Under the pieces are notes generated by a model. It saw nothing but the letters and a program-made list of their open reading frames with translations. It did no database searches and was not told the DNA's origin. Below, in pieces: positions 32,267-40,288 of a DNA stretch of 64,000 nucleotides. The position numbers were made by a program, and so were the translations under genes. Position 1 is the stretch's first letter; each line of letters starts with the position of its first letter. Origin of the DNA: Candidatus Omnitrophota bacterium (GTDB lineage Bacteria; Omnitrophota; Gorgyraeia; JACQQV01); the NCBI GenBank assembly GCA_016206785.1, contig JACQQV010000008.1:4402-68401 (forward strand). Reading direction: 5' to 3'.

Positions 32267-33502
32267 ATGCCGGTATACCGATACAAGGTGCGTGACGCCT
32301 CGGGACAGGCCATCACCGGCACTGTGGCGATGGAGTCTCCGGAGGCGACCGCACGGCATTTAGAGGAAAAGGGATATATCCCGATTTCCATCGAGGAGGA
32401 AGGGGCTGTCAGCACGATGCTGAAACCCTCTTCTTTCAGAACCCGCTTCGCCTCCGTCAAAGACAAAGATCTCAATTTCTTTACCCGTCAGATGGTGACA
32501 CTCACAAAAGCAGGGATTCCCCTCGTGGCGGGCCTTCAAACCCTCAGGGACCAAACCGCGAGTGGAACCCTGAAAGGGGTCATCGCCGCTGTGGTGAGCG
32601 ATCTTGAGAGAGGAGAAAGTTTCTCAAGCGCCCTTTCCCACCATCCCCGCGTCTTTTCGGAGCTTTATGTGGCGATGGTGAGGGCGGGGGAAGCGACGGG
32701 ACAGTTGGATGAAATCTTATTCCGTCTGGTAGAACTCGGGGAGTATGACACCTATGTAAAATCGAAGATCAAGACCGCCACCTTCTATCCTAAGCTCATC
32801 ATGAGTATCATGTTTCTCGCGTTTCTCTTCATCACCACTTTTGTTCTCCCCCGTTTCGCCTCCTTTTTTCAACAGGCGGGGGTGGAACTCTTATGGACGA
32901 CGAAATTTCTCCTCTGGTTAAACTTTGCGTTACGGAATTACTGGTATGCGGCGATCGCCATCGTCGGAATGTTTGTCTACGGATTCCGTTATTTTTTAAA
33001 GACGAAGGTTGGGAGGAGACTGTGGGACACGGTGAATCTGAAGATCCCCGTTTTCGGAACGCTCTTTCACCAATTTGCGATGTCTCGTTTCTCACGTGTC
33101 CTCTCCATTACGAGTAGGAGCGGCGTTCCCATTCTTGAATCCCTTGAAATCGTTTCCCGTTCTGTAGGAAATGTCACGATCTCCTCCGAGGTCTTGAGAC
33201 TTCGGGAATCGGTTCGTCGAGGGGAAGGTCTTGCGAAGCCCATGTCGGAAGGTAAGCTTTTTCCTCCCATTGTGATCCGGATGGTCTCTGTCGGCGAGGA
33301 GACGGGGAAGTTGGATGAACTCCTTTTGCGGGTTTCGGAATACTACGATTTTGAAGTGGACAATGCCATTCAAAAGCTGACCATCTTGATCGAGCCGATT
33401 CTCCTCGTTGTTCTCGGCGGTATGGTTCTCTTTCTCATCCTTTCCATTTTTGTGCCGCTCCTCCGGTTCTACACCAAGATTGCCGGAGGAGGGGGAAGAT
33501 AA
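32267..33502 (+). CDS. pilC: Type IV pilus/T2SS platform protein (PilC/GspF family), copy 1
   Basis: MPVYRYK, AGIPL, AGEATGQL, SGVPILESL, VGEETGKL and IEP. Confidence 0.93.
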   Translation: MPVYRYKVRDASGQAITGTVAMESPEATARHLEEKGYIPISIEEEGAVSTMLKPSSFRTRFASVKDKDLNFFTRQMVTLTKAGIPLVAGLQTLRDQTASGTLKGVIAAVVSDLERGESFSSALSHHPRVFSELYVAMVRAGEATGQLDEILFRLVELGEYDTYVKSKIKTATFYPKLIMSIMFLAFLFITTFVLPRFASFFQQAGVELLWTTKFLLWLNFALRNYWYAAIAIVGMFVYGFRYFLKTKVGRRLWDTVNLKIPVFGTLFHQFAMSRFSRVLSITSRSGVPILESLEIVSRSVGNVTISSEVLRLRESVRRGEGLAKPMSEGKLFPPIVIRMVSVGEETGKLDELLLRVSEYYDFEVDNAIQKLTILIEPILLVVLGGMVLFLILSIFVPLLRFYTKIAGGGGR

Positions 33503-33514
33503 AGGGGCTGACCC

Positions 33515-33543
33515 TTGACAAAAAACGGATCGTCAGGTATACT
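33515..33543 (+). promoter_or_regulatory. Sigma70-type promoter driving the riboswitch leader
   Basis: TTGACA-17 bp-TATACT, just upstream of the aptamer. Confidence 0.8.
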
Positions 33544-33555
33544 CTTCAGAAGACA

Positions 33556-33665
33556 AGATCCGAAAAAGGCACACCCGGGGAAACCCGGGGCCGCAAAGCT
33601 ATGGGTCTAAAGCCCCTGGGCATGACCGCCAAGCGTACCGAGGGTATGATCGCCAAGCTGCCGAA
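33556..33665 (+). ncRNA. Cyclic di-GMP-I (GEMM-I) riboswitch aptamer with a duplicated 3' strand
   Basis: CGAAAAAGGCACAC, P2 CCGGG-GAAA-CCCGG, GGCCGCAAAGC, P3 with CTAA/ATG tetraloop receptor, and GCCAAGC..CCGA. The Vc2 G20-equivalent (33568) is G. Confidence 0.88.
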
Positions 33666-33686
33666 GGCAGGCTTGGCATTTTTTTT
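33652..33686 (+). terminator. Intrinsic terminator (riboswitch expression platform)
   Basis: GCCAAGCTGCC-GAA-GGCAGGCTTGGC followed by A and T8. Confidence 0.85.
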
Positions 33687-33746
33687 CGCCAGAAATTAAA
33701 GCATCTTAGAAAGTTTTGCATTTGGACATTTGCACAAAAATTTGGC

Positions 33747-33775
33747 TTGATTTTTCTACAACATTGTGTTAAAAT
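33747..33775 (+). promoter_or_regulatory. Possible second promoter for the pilin, downstream of the terminator
   Basis: TTGATT-17 bp-TAAAAT with an extended -10 TG. Confidence 0.55.
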
Positions 33776-33803
33776 TAAAGATCGAAGAAGGGAGGTAGCG
33801 TTT

Positions 33804-34319
33804 ATGGAAAGAACAAAGAAACGGACTCATCGTGGGTTCACGTTGATTGAACTTGTCATCGTGATCACCATTCTAGCGATCTTGGCTGCTGTGGCTATTC
33901 CAGCCTTCCAGAACCTTACCACTCAGGCGAGGAACGCAGGAACCAATGGGGCGCTTGGGGGACTTCGGAGCGCACTCGCCGTCTATAGAGCGAACGCGAT
34001 TTCAGCGGGTTGCGATCCTGCTGGAACAACAGGATTAGCCGCAACCGACTGTTGGCCGAGACTTGTAGATATAACGTCGAATAGCGTGATGGAGAATAAC
34101 ATTGTTCCTGCGAACCCTTGGGCTGTTACAGCAGGGATGACCGCTGCGGAGTCCAGTGGTATCGAGGCTGCCACTTCGGCACAGGCGGCCGCCCGTACCG
34201 TCGATGGCACTGGTGCTGGATGGCGATACTATATTGCAGACAATGCGACTCCCAATGGGATCATCTACGCCAATAGCACTTCAAACGGTGGAGGGACAGC
34301 CACAGAGAATACTTTCTAA
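33804..34319 (+). CDS. Type IV pilin (probable major pilin)
   Basis: RBS GGAGG; MERTKKRTHRG|FTLIELVIVITILAILAAVAIPAF with E5; Cys pair; Ala/Thr-rich globular domain; own terminator. Confidence 0.9.
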   Translation: MERTKKRTHRGFTLIELVIVITILAILAAVAIPAFQNLTTQARNAGTNGALGGLRSALAVYRANAISAGCDPAGTTGLAATDCWPRLVDITSNSVMENNIVPANPWAVTAGMTAAESSGIEAATSAQAAARTVDGTGAGWRYYIADNATPNGIIYANSTSNGGGTATENTF

Positions 34320-34343
34320 CAGGATTCTATGTCGTTGCATGAC

Positions 34344-34380
34344 AAAAGAGCTGGGGAGAAAACCCAGCTCTTTTATTTTT
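34344..34380 (+). terminator. Intrinsic terminator after the pilin
   Basis: AAAAGAGCTGGG-loop-CCCAGCTCTTTT followed by ATTTTT. Confidence 0.85.
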
Positions 34381-34384
34381 CAGT

Positions 34385-36103
34385 TTGAAAGAGAGCCGCT
34401 TCATTAAAACCCCCTTCATCTTTTTTCTGCTTTTACTCGGGACCATCCTCTACTGGAATAGTCTTCAAACCCCTTTTATGTGGGATGAGAATTTCCTCAT
34501 CATCAAAGATCCGAGGGTGCATGCGTGGTCTCGATTTCTGGACATCTTTCGAGAACCCTTTCAAAGTAGAGAATCCGGCTTTTCAACATACCACCGTCCC
34601 TTCGTCACCCTCTCCTTCCGCATCGACCATCTCTTTTGGAAGCTGAATCCCCTCGGATACCATCTTACCAATCTGTTATTTCATCTTTCAAACACCCTTT
34701 TGGTCTACCTGTTATTCAGACGCCTGTTCCAGAGACCGTCTCTTTCTTTCTGGGGGGCCTTTCTCTTTTTGGCCCATCCGGCCCATGTGGAAGCGGTCAC
34801 CTATATTCCGGGACGGGTCGATCTCATCTCCTTTTTCTTTTTTCTTTGCAGTTTCCACTTTTACCTGAAAGGGAAAGCGCTCGAACAAACAGTTTGGTCT
34901 TATGCGTTATCCCTCCTTTTTTACCTTTTTGCGCTCCTCTCAAAAGAGATGGCGGCCTCTCTTCCACTTCTTGTTTTTTCCTATACACTTTTCGTGGATT
35001 TGAAAAAGACAAAACATAAAGATGCTGAACGAATTCTTTTGTTGGGATTCTTTCTTCTTTTGATCGCCTGGCTCCTTTTTCGTCAGTGGATTGTGATTCA
35101 AGTTCCATTGAAGACTCTCTTGGATCTTCCCCATCTTTTAAGAAGAGTCCTTGTGCTCCCGGTCGTGTTGTGGGCCTATCTCAACATTTGGTTTTTCCCC
35201 TGGCCTCTCTATATGGATCGGATGATTCCGATCATTCCTCTTGGGTTCCTTCCCTATCTTGTGGCATGGATTTTTCTTTTCCTTTGCGTGATCGGAATCT
35301 TTCTTTCTCTGCATCGGCCCCTCGAGAGATTTTGGCTTCTTTGGATCGGCTGGACGCTGCTTCCCGTGATTCACATCGTTCCGATCTACCTCAAATACCC
35401 CGACTCTCTTTTTATTGCAGAGCATTTTCTCTATTTCTCAAGTGTCGGAATCATCGGACTCCTCTTGTGCCGCTTCGGTCATTTCCTGGTTGCACAAAAC
35501 GGACACGAGGACCTCCCACCGAAAGGAGTTCTGGTATGGGGAGTCCTCTTAACTTGTTTCTCGTTTCTGGTGATCTGGAGGAATGGGGAATTTAGAGACC
35601 GCATTATCTTTTTTGAACAGACCGTCCGACATGCGCCCTGGGACAGCCGTGCCCATAATCAGCTGGGTCTTGCGTATCTTGAAAGAGGAAACTTGGAGAA
35701 GGCTGGGAAGTTATTTCGAAGGTCTGTCTCCTTAGCTCCCAACCCGAGTCCCTATGGGAACCTTGGAATTCTTGCGCAACAACAAGGGAAGATCGAGGAA
35801 GCGATTCAGTATCATCAAAAGGCGCTTGATCTGCTTCCAGGATATAGCGTCGCTCTTTTTAACCTTGGGAATCTGTACGCCCATCAGAAAGAATGGGATA
35901 AGGCGATTCAATTTTATGAGAATGCGGTAGAGAGCGATCCAGATCTCCTACAGAGTTACATAGAGGTAAGCCGCCTTTACTGGAAATTGGGGAAAATAAA
36001 AGAGGCACTTGGCGCAGTCCATCAGGGACTCCAAAAAGATCCTTCAGATCCCCATCTTCAGAGAATCAAAAGGTGGATCGAGGATGGGCCTTCTAACCCA
36101 TAG
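34385..36103 (+). CDS. TMTC-like membrane glycosyltransferase with C-terminal TPRs
   Basis: WDE after TM1, YHRP, YHLTNLLFH, HPAHVEAVTYIPGR, LLSKE and AEHFLY, then TPR repeats. Confidence 0.78.
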   Translation: MKESRFIKTPFIFFLLLLGTILYWNSLQTPFMWDENFLIIKDPRVHAWSRFLDIFREPFQSRESGFSTYHRPFVTLSFRIDHLFWKLNPLGYHLTNLLFHLSNTLLVYLLFRRLFQRPSLSFWGAFLFLAHPAHVEAVTYIPGRVDLISFFFFLCSFHFYLKGKALEQTVWSYALSLLFYLFALLSKEMAASLPLLVFSYTLFVDLKKTKHKDAERILLLGFFLLLIAWLLFRQWIVIQVPLKTLLDLPHLLRRVLVLPVVLWAYLNIWFFPWPLYMDRMIPIIPLGFLPYLVAWIFLFLCVIGIFLSLHRPLERFWLLWIGWTLLPVIHIVPIYLKYPDSLFIAEHFLYFSSVGIIGLLLCRFGHFLVAQNGHEDLPPKGVLVWGVLLTCFSFLVIWRNGEFRDRIIFFEQTVRHAPWDSRAHNQLGLAYLERGNLEKAGKLFRRSVSLAPNPSPYGNLGILAQQQGKIEEAIQYHQKALDLLPGYSVALFNLGNLYAHQKEWDKAIQFYENAVESDPDLLQSYIEVSRLYWKLGKIKEALGAVHQGLQKDPSDPHLQRIKRWIEDGPSNP

Positions 36104-36122
36104 CACTTATAACGATAAATTC

Positions 36123-36151
36123 TTGCAAAAATTTTTGGACCGTGCTATAAT
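36123..36151 (+). promoter_or_regulatory. Sigma70-type promoter for the HK-RR pair
   Basis: TTGCAA-17 bp-TATAAT with an extended -10 TG. Confidence 0.7.
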
Positions 36152-36182
36152 CCTTTACCATAAAAAGGGTTAATCTCAAACG

Positions 36183-37868
36183 ATGGGGGTGAAACCGACA
36201 AAAAAAAGGGTAGGACGGAAGACTGAACTTTTTTGGCTCAATACCCTCTATGAAATCGTTCGAGATGTCAATTCAACCTTAGGCCTCAAAAGCACCTTAA
36301 AGACGATTGTTGAAAAGGCAAAGACACTCCTTAAAGTCGAACGGGCTTCTCTCATGCTTCTCGATAAGAAAGGGAAGACGCTCACCATCCATTTTGCGGA
36401 GGGCCTCTCCCCCTTGATTCTCCGCAATACGCGCATCAGGATCGGCGAAGGCGTTTCCGGATGGGTGGCTCAAAAGGGGAAGCCGCTTCTCATCCAAGAC
36501 ATTAGCAAAGACCGGCGCTTCAAGAAAAAAGAAGGGGCCCGCTACTCCACCGATTCCCTCCTTTCGGTTCCCCTCAAGGTCAAAGGAAAAACAATCGGCG
36601 TTTTAAATGTCAACAATAAAAGAGGAAGGAAGATTTTTACCCACGACGACCTGGAACTTTTAACCGCCCTTGCCGATGAAGCGGCGATCGCCATCCACAA
36701 TGCAACGCTTTATGATGAACTGGTCCAGGTGAATGAGCGTCTCAAGGAACTCGATAAACTGAAATCCGATTTTGTGGCGAAGGTCTCCCATGAACTTCGA
36801 ACCCCTCTTGCCACAACCCGTTACTTTATTACCGCGGTGCGGGGGGAGACCCAGAACACAGGCGCAACCCGCCAGAAAGAATACCTGGGCCTCATCGAAG
36901 ACAACCTTGACCGACTCACGCGGCTCATTGATAATCTCCTCGATTTTTCCAAGATGGAGGTGGGACGGTTTGAACTGAAGAAGGAGCGCGTCGATCTTTT
37001 ATCGATTGCGCGGTCGGCGATCGAAACCCTCCGAAGAAAAGGAGAGGAAAAGGAGATCGCCTTGGTGCTCTTAAGTCCAGGAAAAGTTCCTCCCACCTAT
37101 TTGGATCAGGACCGGATGACCCAAGTAGTCACGAATCTCGTCGACAATGCGATCAAGTATACCCCTTCAAAGGGGTCTGTTTCGGTTGAGATCAAAAGGG
37201 GGAACGGGAATATTCTCCTCACTGTTCGAGATACCGGGGTCGGGATCCGTTCGTCCGATCAGGAAAGGCTTTTCGAAAAGTTCCGGCAGCTCGGACCGAG
37301 CATCCCCCACGAAAAAGGGGTAGGGTTGGGGCTCGCCATTGTGAAAGAGATTGTAATACTTCACAAAGGAAAGATCTGGGTAAAATCGCAGGAAGGGAAG
37401 GGGAGCACATTCACCATCTCCCTTCCGGTTTTAAGCGACGAAGAATTTTTTATGGAGAGGTTGTCGCAGGAAATTCAGAAGGCGCGTGAAAACGGGGATT
37501 TCCTCTCCCTCGTGATTTTAGGAATTGCAAATTTCGAGCATCTTAAAGAAAATATCGGAGAAGAAGGGATGGAATCCCTTTTGGATGAGATCGCCCGCCT
37601 GGTGAAGGAAACGGTCCGCCGACCGAGCGACATCGTCGCCAGTTACAAGCAGGGGAAGGTGATCGCCATTTTAGCGGGTGCCGATAAGGCGGGGGCACTC
37701 GCGCTTGCAGAACGTGTGAAAAAGACGATCCTTTCTCAGCCTTTTCCGATCAAGGGTTCCCCGGTTTCACCGGAACTTCAGTTCGGGATCGGGACCTTTC
37801 CGGAGGATGGAGGAAGCCAAGAAGAATTGGTGAAGCAGGCAGAAAAAAGTTTATACGGTCATTCCTAA
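36183..37868 (+). CDS. GAF-sensor histidine kinase with a C-terminal degenerate GGDEF domain
   Basis: GAF domain; H-box SHELRTPL; N-box NLVDNAIKY; G boxes DTGVG and GVGLGL. The C-terminal domain has a GGDEF-like layout, with RPSD then YKQGKV in place of GGDEF. Confidence 0.85.
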   Translation: MGVKPTKKRVGRKTELFWLNTLYEIVRDVNSTLGLKSTLKTIVEKAKTLLKVERASLMLLDKKGKTLTIHFAEGLSPLILRNTRIRIGEGVSGWVAQKGKPLLIQDISKDRRFKKKEGARYSTDSLLSVPLKVKGKTIGVLNVNNKRGRKIFTHDDLELLTALADEAAIAIHNATLYDELVQVNERLKELDKLKSDFVAKVSHELRTPLATTRYFITAVRGETQNTGATRQKEYLGLIEDNLDRLTRLIDNLLDFSKMEVGRFELKKERVDLLSIARSAIETLRRKGEEKEIALVLLSPGKVPPTYLDQDRMTQVVTNLVDNAIKYTPSKGSVSVEIKRGNGNILLTVRDTGVGIRSSDQERLFEKFRQLGPSIPHEKGVGLGLAIVKEIVILHKGKIWVKSQEGKGSTFTISLPVLSDEEFFMERLSQEIQKARENGDFLSLVILGIANFEHLKENIGEEGMESLLDEIARLVKETVRRPSDIVASYKQGKVIAILAGADKAGALALAERVKKTILSQPFPIKGSPVSPELQFGIGTFPEDGGSQEELVKQAEKSLYGHS

Positions 37869-38261
37869 ATGGGACAGAAAAGAATCCTTGTCGTCGAAGA
37901 TGAAGCAGATTTTTCAAAAGCCCTGAGGGCAGTGCTTGAGGGCCAGGGTTTCGAGGTCCATACAGCCGCCACAGGCAAGGAAGGGCTTTTCCTTGCCAAA
38001 AGCATTACGCCAGACCTCATCATTCTCGATGTGATGCTTCCTGAAATTGACGGCTACAAGGTCTGCCGTCTCCTTAAGTTCGACGAACGCTACAACAAAA
38101 TTCCGATCATCATGCTGACCGCCCGTGCCCAAGAGGAAGACAAGAACCTGGGGCAACAAACCGGTGCAGATGCCTACCTGGTCAAAGGTCAAAAGCCTGA
38201 AGTGCTGATCGAGCAGATCAAAGCGATTCTTGCAAAAGGTCCTTCTCTCCCGCCCGCTTAA
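37869..38261 (+). CDS. Single-domain response regulator
   Basis: VVEDE, LDVMLP (phospho-acceptor Asp), LTA and YLVK; no output domain. Confidence 0.92.
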   Translation: MGQKRILVVEDEADFSKALRAVLEGQGFEVHTAATGKEGLFLAKSITPDLIILDVMLPEIDGYKVCRLLKFDERYNKIPIIMLTARAQEEDKNLGQQTGADAYLVKGQKPEVLIEQIKAILAKGPSLPPA

Positions 38262-38286
38262 TCTTCTTAAATCTTTTTATCACCTA

Positions 38287-38315
38287 TTGACTTTTTAAAA
38301 CTCTCATGATATACT
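38287..38315 (+). promoter_or_regulatory. Sigma70-type promoter for HTH-pilB2-pilC2
   Basis: TTGACT-17 bp-TATACT with an extended -10 TG. Confidence 0.75.
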
Positions 38316-38338
38316 TTTAACAGATATTTAGAAAGTTC

Positions 38339-38373
38339 ACCCCGTTAGAAAGGGTGTAACTTTCTAACGGGGT
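38339..38373. repeat. Palindromic element, copy 1 (5' UTR)
   Basis: ACCCCGTTAGAAAG-ggtgtaa-CTTTCTAACGGGGT; perfect 14-bp stem abutting the RBS AAGGAG. Confidence 0.9.
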
Positions 38374-38384
38374 AAAGGAGCCGG

Positions 38385-38609
38385 ATGAAACAGGTCGCTT
38401 TTGCAAGGTCGAATTCCCAACTCATGACGGTCGAGGAGGTTGCCCGTTATCTTGGAATTCATGCCATCACCGTTTATCGGATGCTCAAGAAAACAGACAT
38501 CCCTGCCACCAAACTGTTAGGGAAGTGGCGTTTTAAGAAGGATGTCCTGGACCGCTGGCTCGAATCCCGGATGGAGGAAAGATCTCTTCCCCTCAAACGG
38601 AGAAGGTGA
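38385..38609 (+). CDS. Excisionase-like HTH_17 DNA-binding protein
   Basis: LMTVEEVARYLGIHAITVYRM...IPATKLLGKWRFKKDVLDRW. Confidence 0.88.
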   Translation: MKQVAFARSNSQLMTVEEVARYLGIHAITVYRMLKKTDIPATKLLGKWRFKKDVLDRWLESRMEERSLPLKRRR

Positions 38610-38613
38610 AGCG

Positions 38614-40287
38614 ATGCCGAGGCAGAAGAATCTATCTTTAGAAGAGGTGATCCTGGCCAAGGGACTGTTGGATCCTGAACGGCTGGAAAGGGCCAAAAAA
38701 GAATCAGAAAACTCGAAGGAATCTCTTCAGAAAACTTTGATCCGGCTGGGATATCTTACAGAAGAATTACTCATTCCTCTTTTGGAGGAACGGTCCGGCC
38801 TTCCCTACGTGGATCTCGATACCTACACGATGGACCCCGAACTCATTAAGCTCATTCCGGAGGCGGTTGCGCGCCGGTATCAACTGATCCCTCTTTTTAA
38901 GATCGGAAAGATCCTCACGGTGGCGATGGCAGATCCCTCCAACTATTTTGCCCTCGATGAAATACGCCTTAAGGCCCATTGCGATGTGGAGGCGGTCGTG
39001 AGTACCGAAGAGAAGATCCGACAGGCGATCGACCAACACTATGGTACTGGTGGTTCCATGGAAGCATTGGTGAAGTCGATTACCCAGCGGACGATGGATC
39101 TGGGGGATGAAAAATTGGTAGAAGAAGCCCCCATTATCCAACTCGTCAACCTCCTCATTTCCCAAGCGGTCCGGGAAAGGGCGAGCGATATCCATATTGA
39201 GCCGGAGACAGACACATTGCGCATCCGCCTTCGGATTGATGGCGTTCTTCATGAAATTCCTGCTCCCCCGAAGGAATTGGAACGGGCGGTGATCTCCCGG
39301 ATCAAGGTCCTTTCAAAGATGGACATCGCAGAAAGAAGAATTCCTCAGGATGGACGTTTCAGGGTGCAGGTCGATCACAAAGAGATTGATCTGCGCGTTT
39401 CAACGATTCCAAGCCATCATGGAGAGAATGTGGTCATGAGGCTTCTGGATACAGCGACCGTCTTGATCGGCCTCGAGGAACTCGGTCTTCCGCATGATGC
39501 CTTTGAACCCTTTCATCATCTGATCCACCGGCCGCATGGCATCATTCTTGTGACAGGTCCCACAGGAAGCGGGAAGACAACGACACTTTATGCGTGTCTC
39601 AATAAAATCAGCACCCTTGAAAAAAATATCATCACGATTGAAGATCCGATCGAATATGAAATGGAAGTCATCCGCCAAATGCAGGTCAATCCCAAGATCG
39701 GCGTTACCTTTGCAAACGGCCTCCGCTCCATCTTAAGGCAAGACCCAGACATCATCATGGTCGGCGAGATCCGTGATGTAGAGACTGCAGAGATGGCGAT
39801 TCACGCGGCCCTCACAGGACATCTTGTTTTCTCAACCCTTCATACCAACGATGCCCCGGGGGCGCTTACCCGTCTTATGGACATGGGTGTTGAGCCATTC
39901 CTTATCGCCTCTTCTGTGATCGGGATCGTGGCCCAGCGGCTCGTCCGACTCATCTGCCCGCAATGCAAAAAATCGTATGTCCCTTCCCAAGAACTTTTGA
40001 AGACATTAAGGCTTCCTCTCGGGAAGGGCCCCATTCCCCCTCTGTATCGGGGAGAAGGATGCCGTTTCTGCAAGGAGACAGGATACAAAGGAAGGACCGC
40101 GATTTTTGAACTGATGGTCATGGAGGAGGAAATCCGGGAACTGGTGATTCAGAGAGCCTCTTCGCCAAAAATGAAGGATGCGGCCTGTCGGAAGGGCATG
40201 CAGGTTTTGAGGGAGGATGGCCTGGCCAAGGCGATGGCAGGAATTACTTCGATTGAAGAAGTGCTTCGTGTGACGCAGGACGAGTAA
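38614..40287 (+). CDS. pilB: Type IV pilus/T2SS assembly ATPase (PilB/GspE family), copy 2
   Basis: ASDIHIEP, GPTGSGKTT, TIEDPIE, RQDPDIIMVGEIRD, STLHTNDA and CxxC pairs. Start at ATG 38614. Confidence 0.93.
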   Translation: MPRQKNLSLEEVILAKGLLDPERLERAKKESENSKESLQKTLIRLGYLTEELLIPLLEERSGLPYVDLDTYTMDPELIKLIPEAVARRYQLIPLFKIGKILTVAMADPSNYFALDEIRLKAHCDVEAVVSTEEKIRQAIDQHYGTGGSMEALVKSITQRTMDLGDEKLVEEAPIIQLVNLLISQAVRERASDIHIEPETDTLRIRLRIDGVLHEIPAPPKELERAVISRIKVLSKMDIAERRIPQDGRFRVQVDHKEIDLRVSTIPSHHGENVVMRLLDTATVLIGLEELGLPHDAFEPFHHLIHRPHGIILVTGPTGSGKTTTLYACLNKISTLEKNIITIEDPIEYEMEVIRQMQVNPKIGVTFANGLRSILRQDPDIIMVGEIRDVETAEMAIHAALTGHLVFSTLHTNDAPGALTRLMDMGVEPFLIASSVIGIVAQRLVRLICPQCKKSYVPSQELLKTLRLPLGKGPIPPLYRGEGCRFCKETGYKGRTAIFELMVMEEEIRELVIQRASSPKMKDAACRKGMQVLREDGLAKAMAGITSIEEVLRVTQDE

Positions 40288-40288
40288 G

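Noticed and set aside
33561-33575. cGAMP-specific (GEMM-Ib) riboswitch variant
   Set aside because: The position equivalent to Vc2 nucleotide 20 is G, not A.
33672-33690. Sigma54 promoter for the pilin (TGGCA...GC)
   Set aside because: The GG-to-GC spacing is 11 rather than 10, and the sequence is explained by the terminator.
38385-38609. Excisionase of a prophage or ICE
   Set aside because: No adjacent integrase. It lies 4 bp upstream of pilB2, so it is more likely a regulator.
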